Of a stretch of 36,233 nt of DNA, positions 1 to 5,826 are shown one piece after another. The stretch lies in the IMG/VR virus record IMGVR_UViG_3300011977_000034, positions 1-36,233 of that record; one strand, written 5' to 3'. The notes beneath the pieces were generated by a model. The model ran no database searches and was not told where the DNA came from. It saw nothing but the letters and a program-made list of their open reading frames with translations. The DNA comes from a virus. The position numbers were made by a program, and so were the translations under genes. The stretch's first letter is position 1. Each line of letters starts with the position of its first letter.

Positions 1-77
1 CTGTTCTTGCCCTTTCGCTCCACAATCAGCCCGTTGGACAACTCTACATGCAAGATGGGGTCAGTGTATGCTCCATC
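1..77. repeat. Terminal 77-bp overlap, copy 1 (identical to 36157-36233)
   Basis: Direct comparison shows ctgttcttgccctttcgctccacaatcagcccgttggacaactctacatgcaagatggggtcagtgtatgctccatc at both ends. Confidence 0.97.
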
Positions 78-263
78 CCTTGCTGCAGCAGTAGGCTTGT
101 ACTTGTCGCCGCCCAGTGCCCATGCAATCGCATCCAGTACGGAGGTTTTGCCCTGGTTGTTGTTGCCGCCGATGATGGTCAAACCGTTTGCAGACGGTTC
201 CAGCTTCACCGCCTTGATTCGCTTAACATTTTCGATTTCCAGACTGTTGATTTTCACGCTCAT
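1..263 (-). CDS. SMC/Rad50/RecN-like ABC ATPase, N-terminal part (continues in 35139-36156 across the circular junction; about 427 aa in total)
   Basis: ATG at 263 lies behind GGAGGA (complement of 271-276). The translation is MSVKINSLEIENVKRIKAVKLEPSANGLTIIGGNNNQGKTSVLDAI, with a Walker A motif. Position 53 is in frame with the tracked ORF 35139..36209. Confidence 0.85.
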   Translation of the reverse strand, partial: MSVKINSLEIENVKRIKAVKLEPSANGLTIIGGNNNQGKTSVLDAIAWALGGDKYKPTAAARDGAYTDPILHVELSNGLIVERKGKN

Positions 264-376
264 TTTTCGTCCTCCCGATGTAGTTGTTCGTCTTCCCACT
301 GGCTGTTATGTCGCCGCCATGCAACCCAGACCCAGAAGAGTGCTATTGCAATGCCGCCTAAAATCATTGTTTGCAT
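260..376 (-). CDS. 38-aa small hydrophobic (single-pass membrane?) protein, not in the ORF track
   Basis: GGAGGCAAAAGAAC precedes ATG at 376. The translation is MQTMILGGIAIALFWVWVAWRRHNSQWEDEQLHREDEK. Its TGA overlaps the ATG of the ATPase gene (ATGA coupling). Confidence 0.45.
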   Translation of the reverse strand: MQTMILGGIAIALFWVWVAWRRHNSQWEDEQLHREDEK

Positions 377-720
377 GTTCTTTTGCCTCCTCTTTTATCC
401 TTTTTCCTGCAGTGTTCGCAGGTTAAAAGCTGCTTGTCCTCTCGCTTCCTGCCGCATCGGGTGCAAAGCCCAGCGGCTCGCCATGCCGCTCTGACTGCTT
501 TTTTCTTCGCCGACCGTTCTGCTTTCTGCTCGAGCGTTAATGCAGCGTACCGAAAACGGTTGCTTGCATTCATCGCTTCCCTGCATGCTTGGCAAGTAAC
601 AAGCCCGTCTACTGCTGTGGCGTTGTTGCATCGCACGCAAATGTGGTTGGCTTTATACCAGTTGTAGCTTTCCAGTGATTCCTGATTCTTCTTCTGCCGC
701 CGTTCTTCTGGGGTCATCAT
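364..720 (-). CDS. Double zinc-ribbon (2 x CxxC..CxxC) basic protein, function unknown
   Basis: The tracked ORF is 118 aa. The RBS is GAGGTG. The start has an ATGA overlap with the upstream gene. Cys pairs are CVRC..CQAC and CTRC..CEHC. Confidence 0.7.
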   Translation of the reverse strand: MMTPEERRQKKNQESLESYNWYKANHICVRCNNATAVDGLVTCQACREAMNASNRFRYAALTLEQKAERSAKKKAVRAAWRAAGLCTRCGRKREDKQLLTCEHCRKKDKRGGKRTCKQ

Positions 721-932
721 TTTATCACCTCAATTTTTGGGCTGTACACCTCGTCCCTGCAGCAGTCCAATGCAGCCAGGAACGTGGCTTTTTTGATGTC
801 ATCATCCAGCGTTTCCGTGATGCTGATAAACGCCGCCAGCAACATCTTAGCCGCATCTGCTCTGTTGAGCCCCATTGAATGAATGCGAACATCACGTTGA
901 TTCCAGTCACCCTTTACAACGATTTTTCCCAT
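717..932 (-). CDS. Hypothetical early protein (71 aa)
   Basis: An internal ATG at 932 is preceded by GAAAGGAG. The translation begins MGKIVVKGDWNQ. The longer tracked version (to 1064) has a non-protein-like N-terminus. Confidence 0.65.
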   Translation of the reverse strand: MGKIVVKGDWNQRDVRIHSMGLNRADAAKMLLAAFISITETLDDDIKKATFLAALDCCRDEVYSPKIEVIK

Positions 933-1077
933 CTTTTTGCTTCTCCTTTCTGTTTTTGTTTCGGCAGACCGGACACACATACCACCCTGAAAACTGCCAG
1001 GATACGTTCCAATCCAGCCCGCACTGCTCACAGTACATGTATTTGAACCCGTTCCGATATTCAACTTTCCGACTCAT
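907..1077 (-). CDS. 56-aa zinc-ribbon protein (CxxC-x16-CxxC), not in the ORF track
   Basis: Hand translation gives MSRKVEYRNGFKYMYCEQCGLDWNVSWQFSGWYVCPVCRNKNRKEKQKDGKNRCKG. The RBS is weak, and the ORF overlaps both neighbours by 17 and 26 nt. Confidence 0.4.
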   Translation of the reverse strand: MSRKVEYRNGFKYMYCEQCGLDWNVSWQFSGWYVCPVCRNKNRKEKQKDGKNRCKG

Positions 1078-1219
1078 GCTCTGCCATCCGTTCTGGATGT
1101 TCTACGAACTCCGGATTCCGTTTGTAGAACTCCACAATCATCATCGCCAACGCTTCATAGACCGAACGGTCTGCCTGCTCCGTTGCAGGCACAACGCTGA
1201 CTTCCATTGGTTTTTTCAT
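1061..1219 (-). CDS. Hypothetical early protein (52 aa)
   Basis: ATG at 1219 lies behind GGAGGAGGTG. The start has an ATGA overlap with the upstream 67-aa gene. The translation begins MKKPMEVSVVPATEQ. Confidence 0.55.
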   Translation of the reverse strand: MKKPMEVSVVPATEQADRSVYEALAMMIVEFYKRNPEFVEHPERMAEHESES

Positions 1220-1419
1220 GCTGCACCTCCTCCACAAACCGTATTTCTGTTTGCATTTGCAATTGCCATCCCAATTGCAGCCCATGTAACCTGTTTCTGT
1301 TCTTCCTGCGGCAATACGCCAAGTACAGTAAGCAGCGTCGATAATTCCTGCACATCCACCGATAAATGCACATTTGTGCAAATTTGATGGAGGGCAGCTA
1401 ATGTGCTTGCATTCAGCAT
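1216..1419 (-). CDS. Hypothetical early protein (67 aa)
   Basis: The tracked ORF has a strong RBS, AAAGGAGGAATCTTT, before the ATG at 1419. Confidence 0.65.
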   Translation of the reverse strand: MLNASTLAALHQICTNVHLSVDVQELSTLLTVLGVLPQEEQKQVTWAAIGMAIANANRNTVCGGGAA

Positions 1420-1433
1420 AAAGATTCCTCCTT

Positions 1434-2210
1434 TCAGACTGCATCCTGTTCAATCAGCGGCAACAGTCCATTCGTCTTCAGCAAATCATAGATAAACAGC
1501 CGCCCTTTCTGCGTCCAGTAGGTATGGACTTTGGTGTGCTGCTGCCCGTCTGCTCCGGGGAACGTCTGCGTTTTGGTGCTGGTGTAGCCCTTTTCTGCAT
1601 ACTTCTGATACAGCAACCAGTTTTGCCCTTGCTTATACTGTACGCCGTTCTGATGTAAATAGCGATTCAGCCAAACGCCAGACTTTCCGTAGTCCTTAGC
1701 GATGGAAGTAATGGAAAGCAAGTCTTTGCAGTTCAGAACCACATCATAATAACTTGCCTTTGGTTGCAGTTCTGCAATCTGCTGTTCCTGTACGGCTACC
1801 GTGGTTTCCAGCTGGCAGCAGTGCGTTTCCAGCTGTTTCAGCTTGGCGTTGGAGAATTGCAAGGCCCTTGCCATAATCGCTTCGGGGCTGTTCCACTGCT
1901 CCTCAACCGCAATAAAGTATTGCCGCATCTGCTTGCCCTTGTCTGTCCGCTGGAGCATGCAGAGTTCCTTTGCCATGGGGATTGTCAACTGGTGGTCGGT
2001 GATTTCTCTTGTAACCTGCCGATTTCCTTCCGTGCGAACCTGCTCAAAATTGAGCGGGTTGAAATCAGCACCTTCTGAAAATCCGTATTCGCACATTCTC
2101 GGAAACCAGTCCTTGTATGCGGTTTTCACTTCCAGGGCCTCCCACAGTTCCCGACCCGATACGGTCGGGCGGTCTACGTTCTCGTAGTTGACTTTGATTA
2201 GTTCATTCAT
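1434..2210 (-). CDS. Phage antirepressor (Ant N-terminal domain plus KilAC C-terminal domain)
   Basis: The N-terminus MNELIKVNYENVDRPTVSGRELWEALEV...DWFPR and the C-terminus DLLSITSIAKDYGKSGVWLNRYLHQNGVQYKQ are typical ANT/KilAC motifs. The start at 2210 follows GAAAGGAAG. Confidence 0.85.
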   Translation of the reverse strand: MNELIKVNYENVDRPTVSGRELWEALEVKTAYKDWFPRMCEYGFSEGADFNPLNFEQVRTEGNRQVTREITDHQLTIPMAKELCMLQRTDKGKQMRQYFIAVEEQWNSPEAIMARALQFSNAKLKQLETHCCQLETTVAVQEQQIAELQPKASYYDVVLNCKDLLSITSIAKDYGKSGVWLNRYLHQNGVQYKQGQNWLLYQKYAEKGYTSTKTQTFPGADGQQHTKVHTYWTQKGRLFIYDLLKTNGLLPLIEQDAV

Positions 2211-2226
2211 CACGATACTTCCTTTC

Positions 2227-2285
2227 CGGCTTTCGCCGTTGTTATTTGTGCCCTTACGGGCAGTGGGTCGGGATACGCTCCCGAC
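2227..2285 (-). other. Three consecutive RNA hairpins in the leader of the antirepressor gene
   Basis: In minus-strand RNA the hairpins are GUCGGGA-gcgua-UCCCGAC (2285-2267), UGCCC-GUAA-GGGCA (2262-2249) and CGGC-GAAA-GCCG (2238-2227). Two of them have GNRA tetraloops. The last abuts the RBS. Confidence 0.45.
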
Positions 2286-2295
2286 GGGCGTTGTT

Positions 2296-2325
2296 AGTAT
2301 CAGGCAAAGAATGAGGTATTGCCAA
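2296..2325 (-). promoter_or_regulatory. Candidate promoter for the antirepressor gene (TTGGCA-18-GATACT)
   Basis: The minus strand has -35 TTGGCA (2320-2325) and -10 GATACT (2296-2301). The -10 element is imperfect. Confidence 0.3.
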
Positions 2326-2377
2326 TGACTGCGATGCTGCCACATCGCCCCCGTGTTGCCGATAGGTCAGCAGAATT

Positions 2378-2596
2378 TTAGTCATGTCGGAATAACTGGT
2401 TTACAGAAACATCCGAAAAGAATGTTTCTTGAATGCAAATTGCTTCATCCAGTGAAAAACGCAGGTTCCCATTCAGTTTCTTTGTAAATGTGTTTGCCTG
2501 CACGCATAAAAGCCAGCAAATATCCTTTTTTGAAATCTTCCGCAGTATGATTTCAGATTCCAACACCGGATAATAGGCTGTTCCATCTCTCTTCAT
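2378..2596 (-). CDS. Cro-like small HTH regulator (DUF739-like Cro/CI family), 72 aa
   Basis: ATG at 2596 follows AAAGGTGGTGATGAC. The segment ISKKDICWLLCVQANTFTKKLNGNLRFSLDEAICIQETFF resembles the phage DUF739 HTH pattern (KLNGK..FS..E). Confidence 0.75.
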   Translation of the reverse strand: MKRDGTAYYPVLESEIILRKISKKDICWLLCVQANTFTKKLNGNLRFSLDEAICIQETFFSDVSVNQLFRHD

Positions 2597-2618
2597 GTCA
2601 TCACCACCTTTCAATGTT

Positions 2619-2648
2619 TCTATATGTTTAGTTGACGAAATATGTAAA
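2619..2648 (-). promoter_or_regulatory. Weak candidate promoter for the Cro-like gene (TTTACA-18-TATAGA)
   Basis: The minus strand has -35 at 2643-2648 and -10 at 2619-2624. It lies back to back with the plus-strand promoter. Confidence 0.3.
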
Positions 2649-2660
2649 GTAAGGTATAAT
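2632..2660 (+). promoter_or_regulatory. Near-consensus sigma-A promoter for the plus-strand 95/97-aa gene
   Basis: TTGACG (2632-2637), a 17-nt spacer, then TATAAT (2655-2660). GGAAGGAGG follows. Confidence 0.7.
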
Positions 2661-2688
2661 AAAAGATAACGGAAGGAGGTGAATGTAT

Positions 2689-2976
2689 ATGAGTAACAAT
2701 GCCATCGTATTGTTATATCGAATTTATCTGGATTCGAAAAAGAAAAGTGAAGCGAACGGCTACGACACAGTTGAGAAATATCTCTTGCATCACAATTTCT
2801 TTCAGACGGACGAGAAACTGTCAAAAGATAATTGGGATGAAGATTTATTTCTCACACATTTAGAGGAACTGTCGCAGCATGGATATGTGGATGTCCATTA
2901 CGAAAACAGTTTTCGAATCGAAGATGCCGGGATTGAATATATAGAGGATTTCTGCAAACAACATGGAATTCTCTAA
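2689..2976 (+). CDS. YjcQ-like winged-helix protein (tentative); plus-strand gene with a lysogen-type promoter
   Basis: GGAGG (2675-2679) is 9 nt before ATG 2689, and an alternative ATG lies at 2683. The segment WDEDLFLTHLEELSQHGYVDVHYENSFRIEDAGIEYIEDF resembles the YjcQ pattern (EGYI.GVHY...G..YL.E). This is from memory only. Confidence 0.7.
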   Translation: MSNNAIVLLYRIYLDSKKKSEANGYDTVEKYLLHHNFFQTDEKLSKDNWDEDLFLTHLEELSQHGYVDVHYENSFRIEDAGIEYIEDFCKQHGIL

Positions 2977-2982
2977 AAATAA

Positions 2983-3198
2983 TCAATCTTTCATAATTTT
3001 CACAAGTGCACGCCGTTCTTCCGGCGTCATATTGTGAACATCTACAAAATCCATATTCAGACTTTCACTCAGCACTTCGGCTTGCAATTCTATTTCCATG
3101 CCGGAGTGCTCTATTTTTTCCAGCCCTCTCAGTTCCCTTATAAGCTTCTTCAGCTGGTACACTGTGAGAATCTCACTTGTTGTAACTTGAATCTTCAT
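2983..3198 (-). CDS. Hypothetical protein, first gene of the leftward early transcript (71 aa)
   Basis: GGAGG (complement of 3208-3212) is 9 nt before ATG 3198. The translation begins MKIQVTTSEILTVYQLKKLIRELRG. Confidence 0.65.
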   Translation of the reverse strand: MKIQVTTSEILTVYQLKKLIRELRGLEKIEHSGMEIELQAEVLSESLNMDFVDVHNMTPEERRALVKIMKD

Positions 3199-3332
3199 TT
3201 CCATCACCTCCTTTCCATTTCGTCTTTCAGCCAAGCGTTTCGGTTCTCTCCTGCCTGCTGGTTTAAGTTTTCCGCTGCCTGTCCTTGGCTGTGGTTTTCA
3301 GCCGTTCGCGTTTTGTCCTCGACTGTGATTAT

Positions 3333-3361
3333 ATTATACTACGTTTTGTGTACGATGTCAA
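3333..3361 (-). promoter_or_regulatory. Consensus early (lytic) promoter
   Basis: The minus strand has TTGACA (3356-3361), a 17-nt spacer, then TATAAT (3333-3338). The -35 is embedded in TTGACATCGTACAC, the same 14-mer found at the repressor promoter. Confidence 0.75.
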
Positions 3362-3380
3362 CAGAAAAACGATAAAAAGT

Positions 3381-3410
3381 TATACAAAAAGCAAACGATT
3401 TTTTTGTATA
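3381..3410. repeat. 10-bp perfect inverted repeat TATACAAAAA / TTTTTGTATA between the divergent switch promoters
   Basis: Read directly: arms at 3381-3390 and 3401-3410 with a 10-nt spacer. Confidence 0.8.
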
Positions 3411-3445
3411 GTTTGCATAATGAGAACGAACGAACTAAAATCCCC

Positions 3446-3474
3446 TTGACATCGTACACGTTTCGTGATATAAT
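3446..3474 (+). promoter_or_regulatory. Consensus promoter of the repressor/integrase (lysogeny) transcript
   Basis: TTGACA (3446-3451), a 17-nt spacer, then TATAAT (3469-3474). The RBS GGAAAGGAAG and ATG 3497 follow. Confidence 0.75.
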
Positions 3475-3496
3475 GAAGCGGAAAGGAAGTGATGAA

Positions 3497-4009
3497 ATGG
3501 CATGGTTTAATGTCCTAAAAGCATTAAGAGAAGCATCGGGTGAATCGATGTCGGAAGCTGCGGATGCATTAAACATAGCAAAAAGTACATATGCAAGCTA
3601 TGAATACGGAAAAAGAGAACCAAATATTGAAATGCTTACAAAAATTGCAAATCATTATAATGTAACCGTTGACTATCTGCTCGGGCGAGAGCCTGCTCCG
3701 GATGACCCGATTGAAATGCTCTCCAGAGAATTAAACCTGAATCTGTACGAAAAAGCAATTGTGACAGCGTATCTTGCAATGGACACAAAAAGCAGGACGG
3801 ATTTGGTAAAAATGGTGCAAACTGTAGCAGATGCCGTTCAGAGCGGGGCGGAATCCAAGTATACATACACTATACAAGTTGCAGCCCGTGGCGATGCAGC
3901 GAAGAGCCGGCAGGAGCAGGGGGAAGATGTGACCGTATCCACAACCCTTGGGGCGGTGGAAGACCAGATGGAAGAAACGGCGAAAGCGAAAGAAGAAGCA
4001 TCGTCCTGA
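3497..4009 (+). CDS. CI-like repressor, XRE-family HTH, no S24 peptidase domain (170 aa)
   Basis: MAWFNVLKALREASGESMSEAADALNIAKSTYASYEYGKREPNIEMLTKIANHYNVTVDYLLGRE is a classic HTH_XRE motif. The C-terminal half has no Ser/Lys autocleavage motifs that I can recognise. Confidence 0.85.
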   Translation: MAWFNVLKALREASGESMSEAADALNIAKSTYASYEYGKREPNIEMLTKIANHYNVTVDYLLGREPAPDDPIEMLSRELNLNLYEKAIVTAYLAMDTKSRTDLVKMVQTVADAVQSGAESKYTYTIQVAARGDAAKSRQEQGEDVTVSTTLGAVEDQMEETAKAKEEASS

Positions 4010-4143
4010 CAAGAATTTTGAGAAAATAAGTAGGGGAGTTGTTTTGAGTGTCTCCCTCTTTACGAGGGAGTGGATTGAAATTTAACACATCCGCTGGAAC
4101 GACAGGTGTTTGAACAGTTTCAACAGTTTATCAACAATCAGTG

Positions 4144-4176
4144 AAAAAACCGCCCTGCAAGGAATTGTGGGGCGGT
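4144..4176 (-). terminator. Intrinsic terminator oriented for minus-strand transcription, in the repressor-integrase spacer
   Basis: In minus-strand RNA, ACCGCCC-14 nt-GGGCGGU is followed by UUUUU (A-run 4144-4148 on the plus strand). Confidence 0.55.
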
Positions 4177-4193
4177 ACAATTAAGGAGCGATT

Positions 4194-5690
4194 ATGAAAA
4201 GAGCAGTGTTTTATGGTCGTTATTCCAGCGACCGACAGACAGAGCAGAGCATTGAGGGGCAGCGGCGTGTCTGCGAAGAGTTTGCAAAGGCAGAGCAAAT
4301 TCAAATCGTGGGCGAATACATCGACCGGGCAACATCCGGCACTTCTACAGAGCATCGAGAGCAGTTTCAGAAAATGCTAAAGGATAGCAAGAACGGCGGC
4401 TGGGATTATGTGCTGGTTTACAAACTCGACCGATTCGCCCGTAGCCGCTATGATAGTGCCATCAGCAAGCAGCAGCTGAAAAAGAATGGCGTAAAGGTAT
4501 TATCTGCGACTGAACGCATTACAGACAGTCCAGAGGGCATTTTGATTGAAGGCTTGCTGGAATCCATGGACGAATATTTCAGCCGGGAACTTTCCCGAAA
4601 ATGCAAGCGTGGCATTCGGGAAAGCATTATAAAAGGGCATAATTTCGGCGGTCGGGTCCTGTATGGCTATGACCGGAAAGACAAGCGGTTTGTCATCAAC
4701 GAAGAGCAGGCGGTGAATGTACGGCGGATTTTCAAAAGCTATCTTTCCGGCTGCACGATTCAATCCATTGCAGACCAGCTGAATGCAGATGGATACCGGA
4801 CGAACTACGGGAACGAATTTAAACGCTATACCGTTTCCGACATCCTGCACAATGACAAATATACAGGGATACACTACATAGACGGCATCGAAGAGCCAGA
4901 AACCTGTCCGGCAATCATCTCACAGACGACATTTGACCGGGCAAAGGAAAAGTTGAATCAGTCTGCCCACCGTTCCAGAGAACACGCCACAGGGCATACT
5001 TACGCACTGTCAGGGCTGTTGCAGTGTGGTGTCTGCGGAAGATATGTCTGCGGTTCGTCTGTAGAACGAAAGTATTTCTATTATGCTTGCCGGAGCAGGG
5101 AGCATGCAGAAAACAGCGTACATATTCATGCAGACAAACTGGAGCAGGTGGTGATAGATGCCTTGCAAACCTTTTTCACAGAAGAGCAGGTTTCCACGCT
5201 TGCAGAACGACTGTACCAAATCTATACCACGGATATGGATGGAAAACCAGACCGCAGCAAACGGCTGAATGAGATTGAAAAACAGATACAAGGAACGGTG
5301 AACGCTCTGATTGCGTGTCCAAGTTCCAAGGCATTGCAAGAAAAATTGACTCAGCTGGAAGAACAAAAAGCAGAAATTGAAAAGATGCCGATTTTGCAGC
5401 CGCAGCTGAAAAAAGAGCATTTTGAAAATTATTTTCGTTGGCTGGCTCTTCGGCTGGAGCATATCGAAGACCGTCAGACGTTTTTCCATACCGTGATTCA
5501 CAAAGTGCTTGTTTATCCAGAAAAAGCAGTTATCATCTTGAATATGACCGATGAAATGGCAGACCCACCAAAGAGAGAACAGGTTGAAGCGTTTATGTCT
5601 AATGTAGGGGAAGTGTCCCCTTGTCCTACACTATACAAACTTTATGTTACGCCGTTTGCTATTTTCATTCGTGCAGCACTCATAAAATAA
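4194..5690 (+). CDS. int: Large serine recombinase (phage integrase)
   Basis: The N-terminus has a resolvase catalytic domain (AVFYGRYSSDRQ..EGQ). A recombinase domain and a zinc ribbon (CGVCGRYVCG...YYYACRS) follow, then a coiled-coil C-terminus. AAGGAG is the RBS. Confidence 0.95.
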   Translation: MKRAVFYGRYSSDRQTEQSIEGQRRVCEEFAKAEQIQIVGEYIDRATSGTSTEHREQFQKMLKDSKNGGWDYVLVYKLDRFARSRYDSAISKQQLKKNGVKVLSATERITDSPEGILIEGLLESMDEYFSRELSRKCKRGIRESIIKGHNFGGRVLYGYDRKDKRFVINEEQAVNVRRIFKSYLSGCTIQSIADQLNADGYRTNYGNEFKRYTVSDILHNDKYTGIHYIDGIEEPETCPAIISQTTFDRAKEKLNQSAHRSREHATGHTYALSGLLQCGVCGRYVCGSSVERKYFYYACRSREHAENSVHIHADKLEQVVIDALQTFFTEEQVSTLAERLYQIYTTDMDGKPDRSKRLNEIEKQIQGTVNALIACPSSKALQEKLTQLEEQKAEIEKMPILQPQLKKEHFENYFRWLALRLEHIEDRQTFFHTVIHKVLVYPEKAVIILNMTDEMADPPKREQVEAFMSNVGEVSPCPTLYKLYVTPFAIFIRAALIK

Positions 5691-5732
5691 AAAAACACCG
5701 CCTTACCGGACGACATCCGATAGGGCGGTGTT
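5689..5732 (-). terminator. Strong intrinsic terminator ending the late operon (the hairpin also sits at the 3' end of int)
   Basis: AACACCGCC (5694-5702) pairs with GGCGGTGTT (5724-5732). The minus-strand RNA then continues with U7 (A-run 5689-5695). Confidence 0.75.
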
Positions 5733-5754
5733 GCATTAGAATAAAGTAAAATTT

Positions 5755-5810
5755 GCGACAAGTACAATATACCATTCTTTTTATGATTTGTCAATAAAAT
5801 CACTTGTCGA
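5755..5810. other. Candidate attP: inverted repeat GCGACAAGT / ACTTGTCGA plus extra TTGTCRA copies, next to the integrase gene
   Basis: The arms lie at 5755-5763 and 5802-5810 in an AT-rich, non-coding 136-bp gap. There is no experimental or comparative support. Confidence 0.3.
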
Positions 5811-5826
5811 ATTTTGTCGATGAAAA

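Noticed and set aside
1-77. The 77-bp terminal repeat as a biological direct terminal repeat or cos region
   Set aside because: An exact short overlap that interrupts a gene in frame is more simply explained as an assembler overlap on a circular or permuted genome. This cannot be proven without reads.
1434-2345. Long version (303 aa) of the antirepressor ORF, and similar N-terminal extensions of tracked ORFs (717..1064, 1061..1453, 2378..2824, 3404..4009, 7502..7783, 7719..8810, 8856..11072, 22357..22680, 22790..23134, 29047..29508)
   Set aside because: The extra N-terminal residues look like translated non-coding sequence. Internal ATGs with strong GGAGG-type sites and neighbour-coupled spacing give the expected protein N-termini.
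4110-4140. Shared 10-mer TCAACAATCA at 4131-4140 and 29562-29571, as possible evidence of a common regulator site
   Set aside because: It is a single 10-bp match in a 36-kb AT-containing sequence, which could be chance. The surrounding contexts do not align further.
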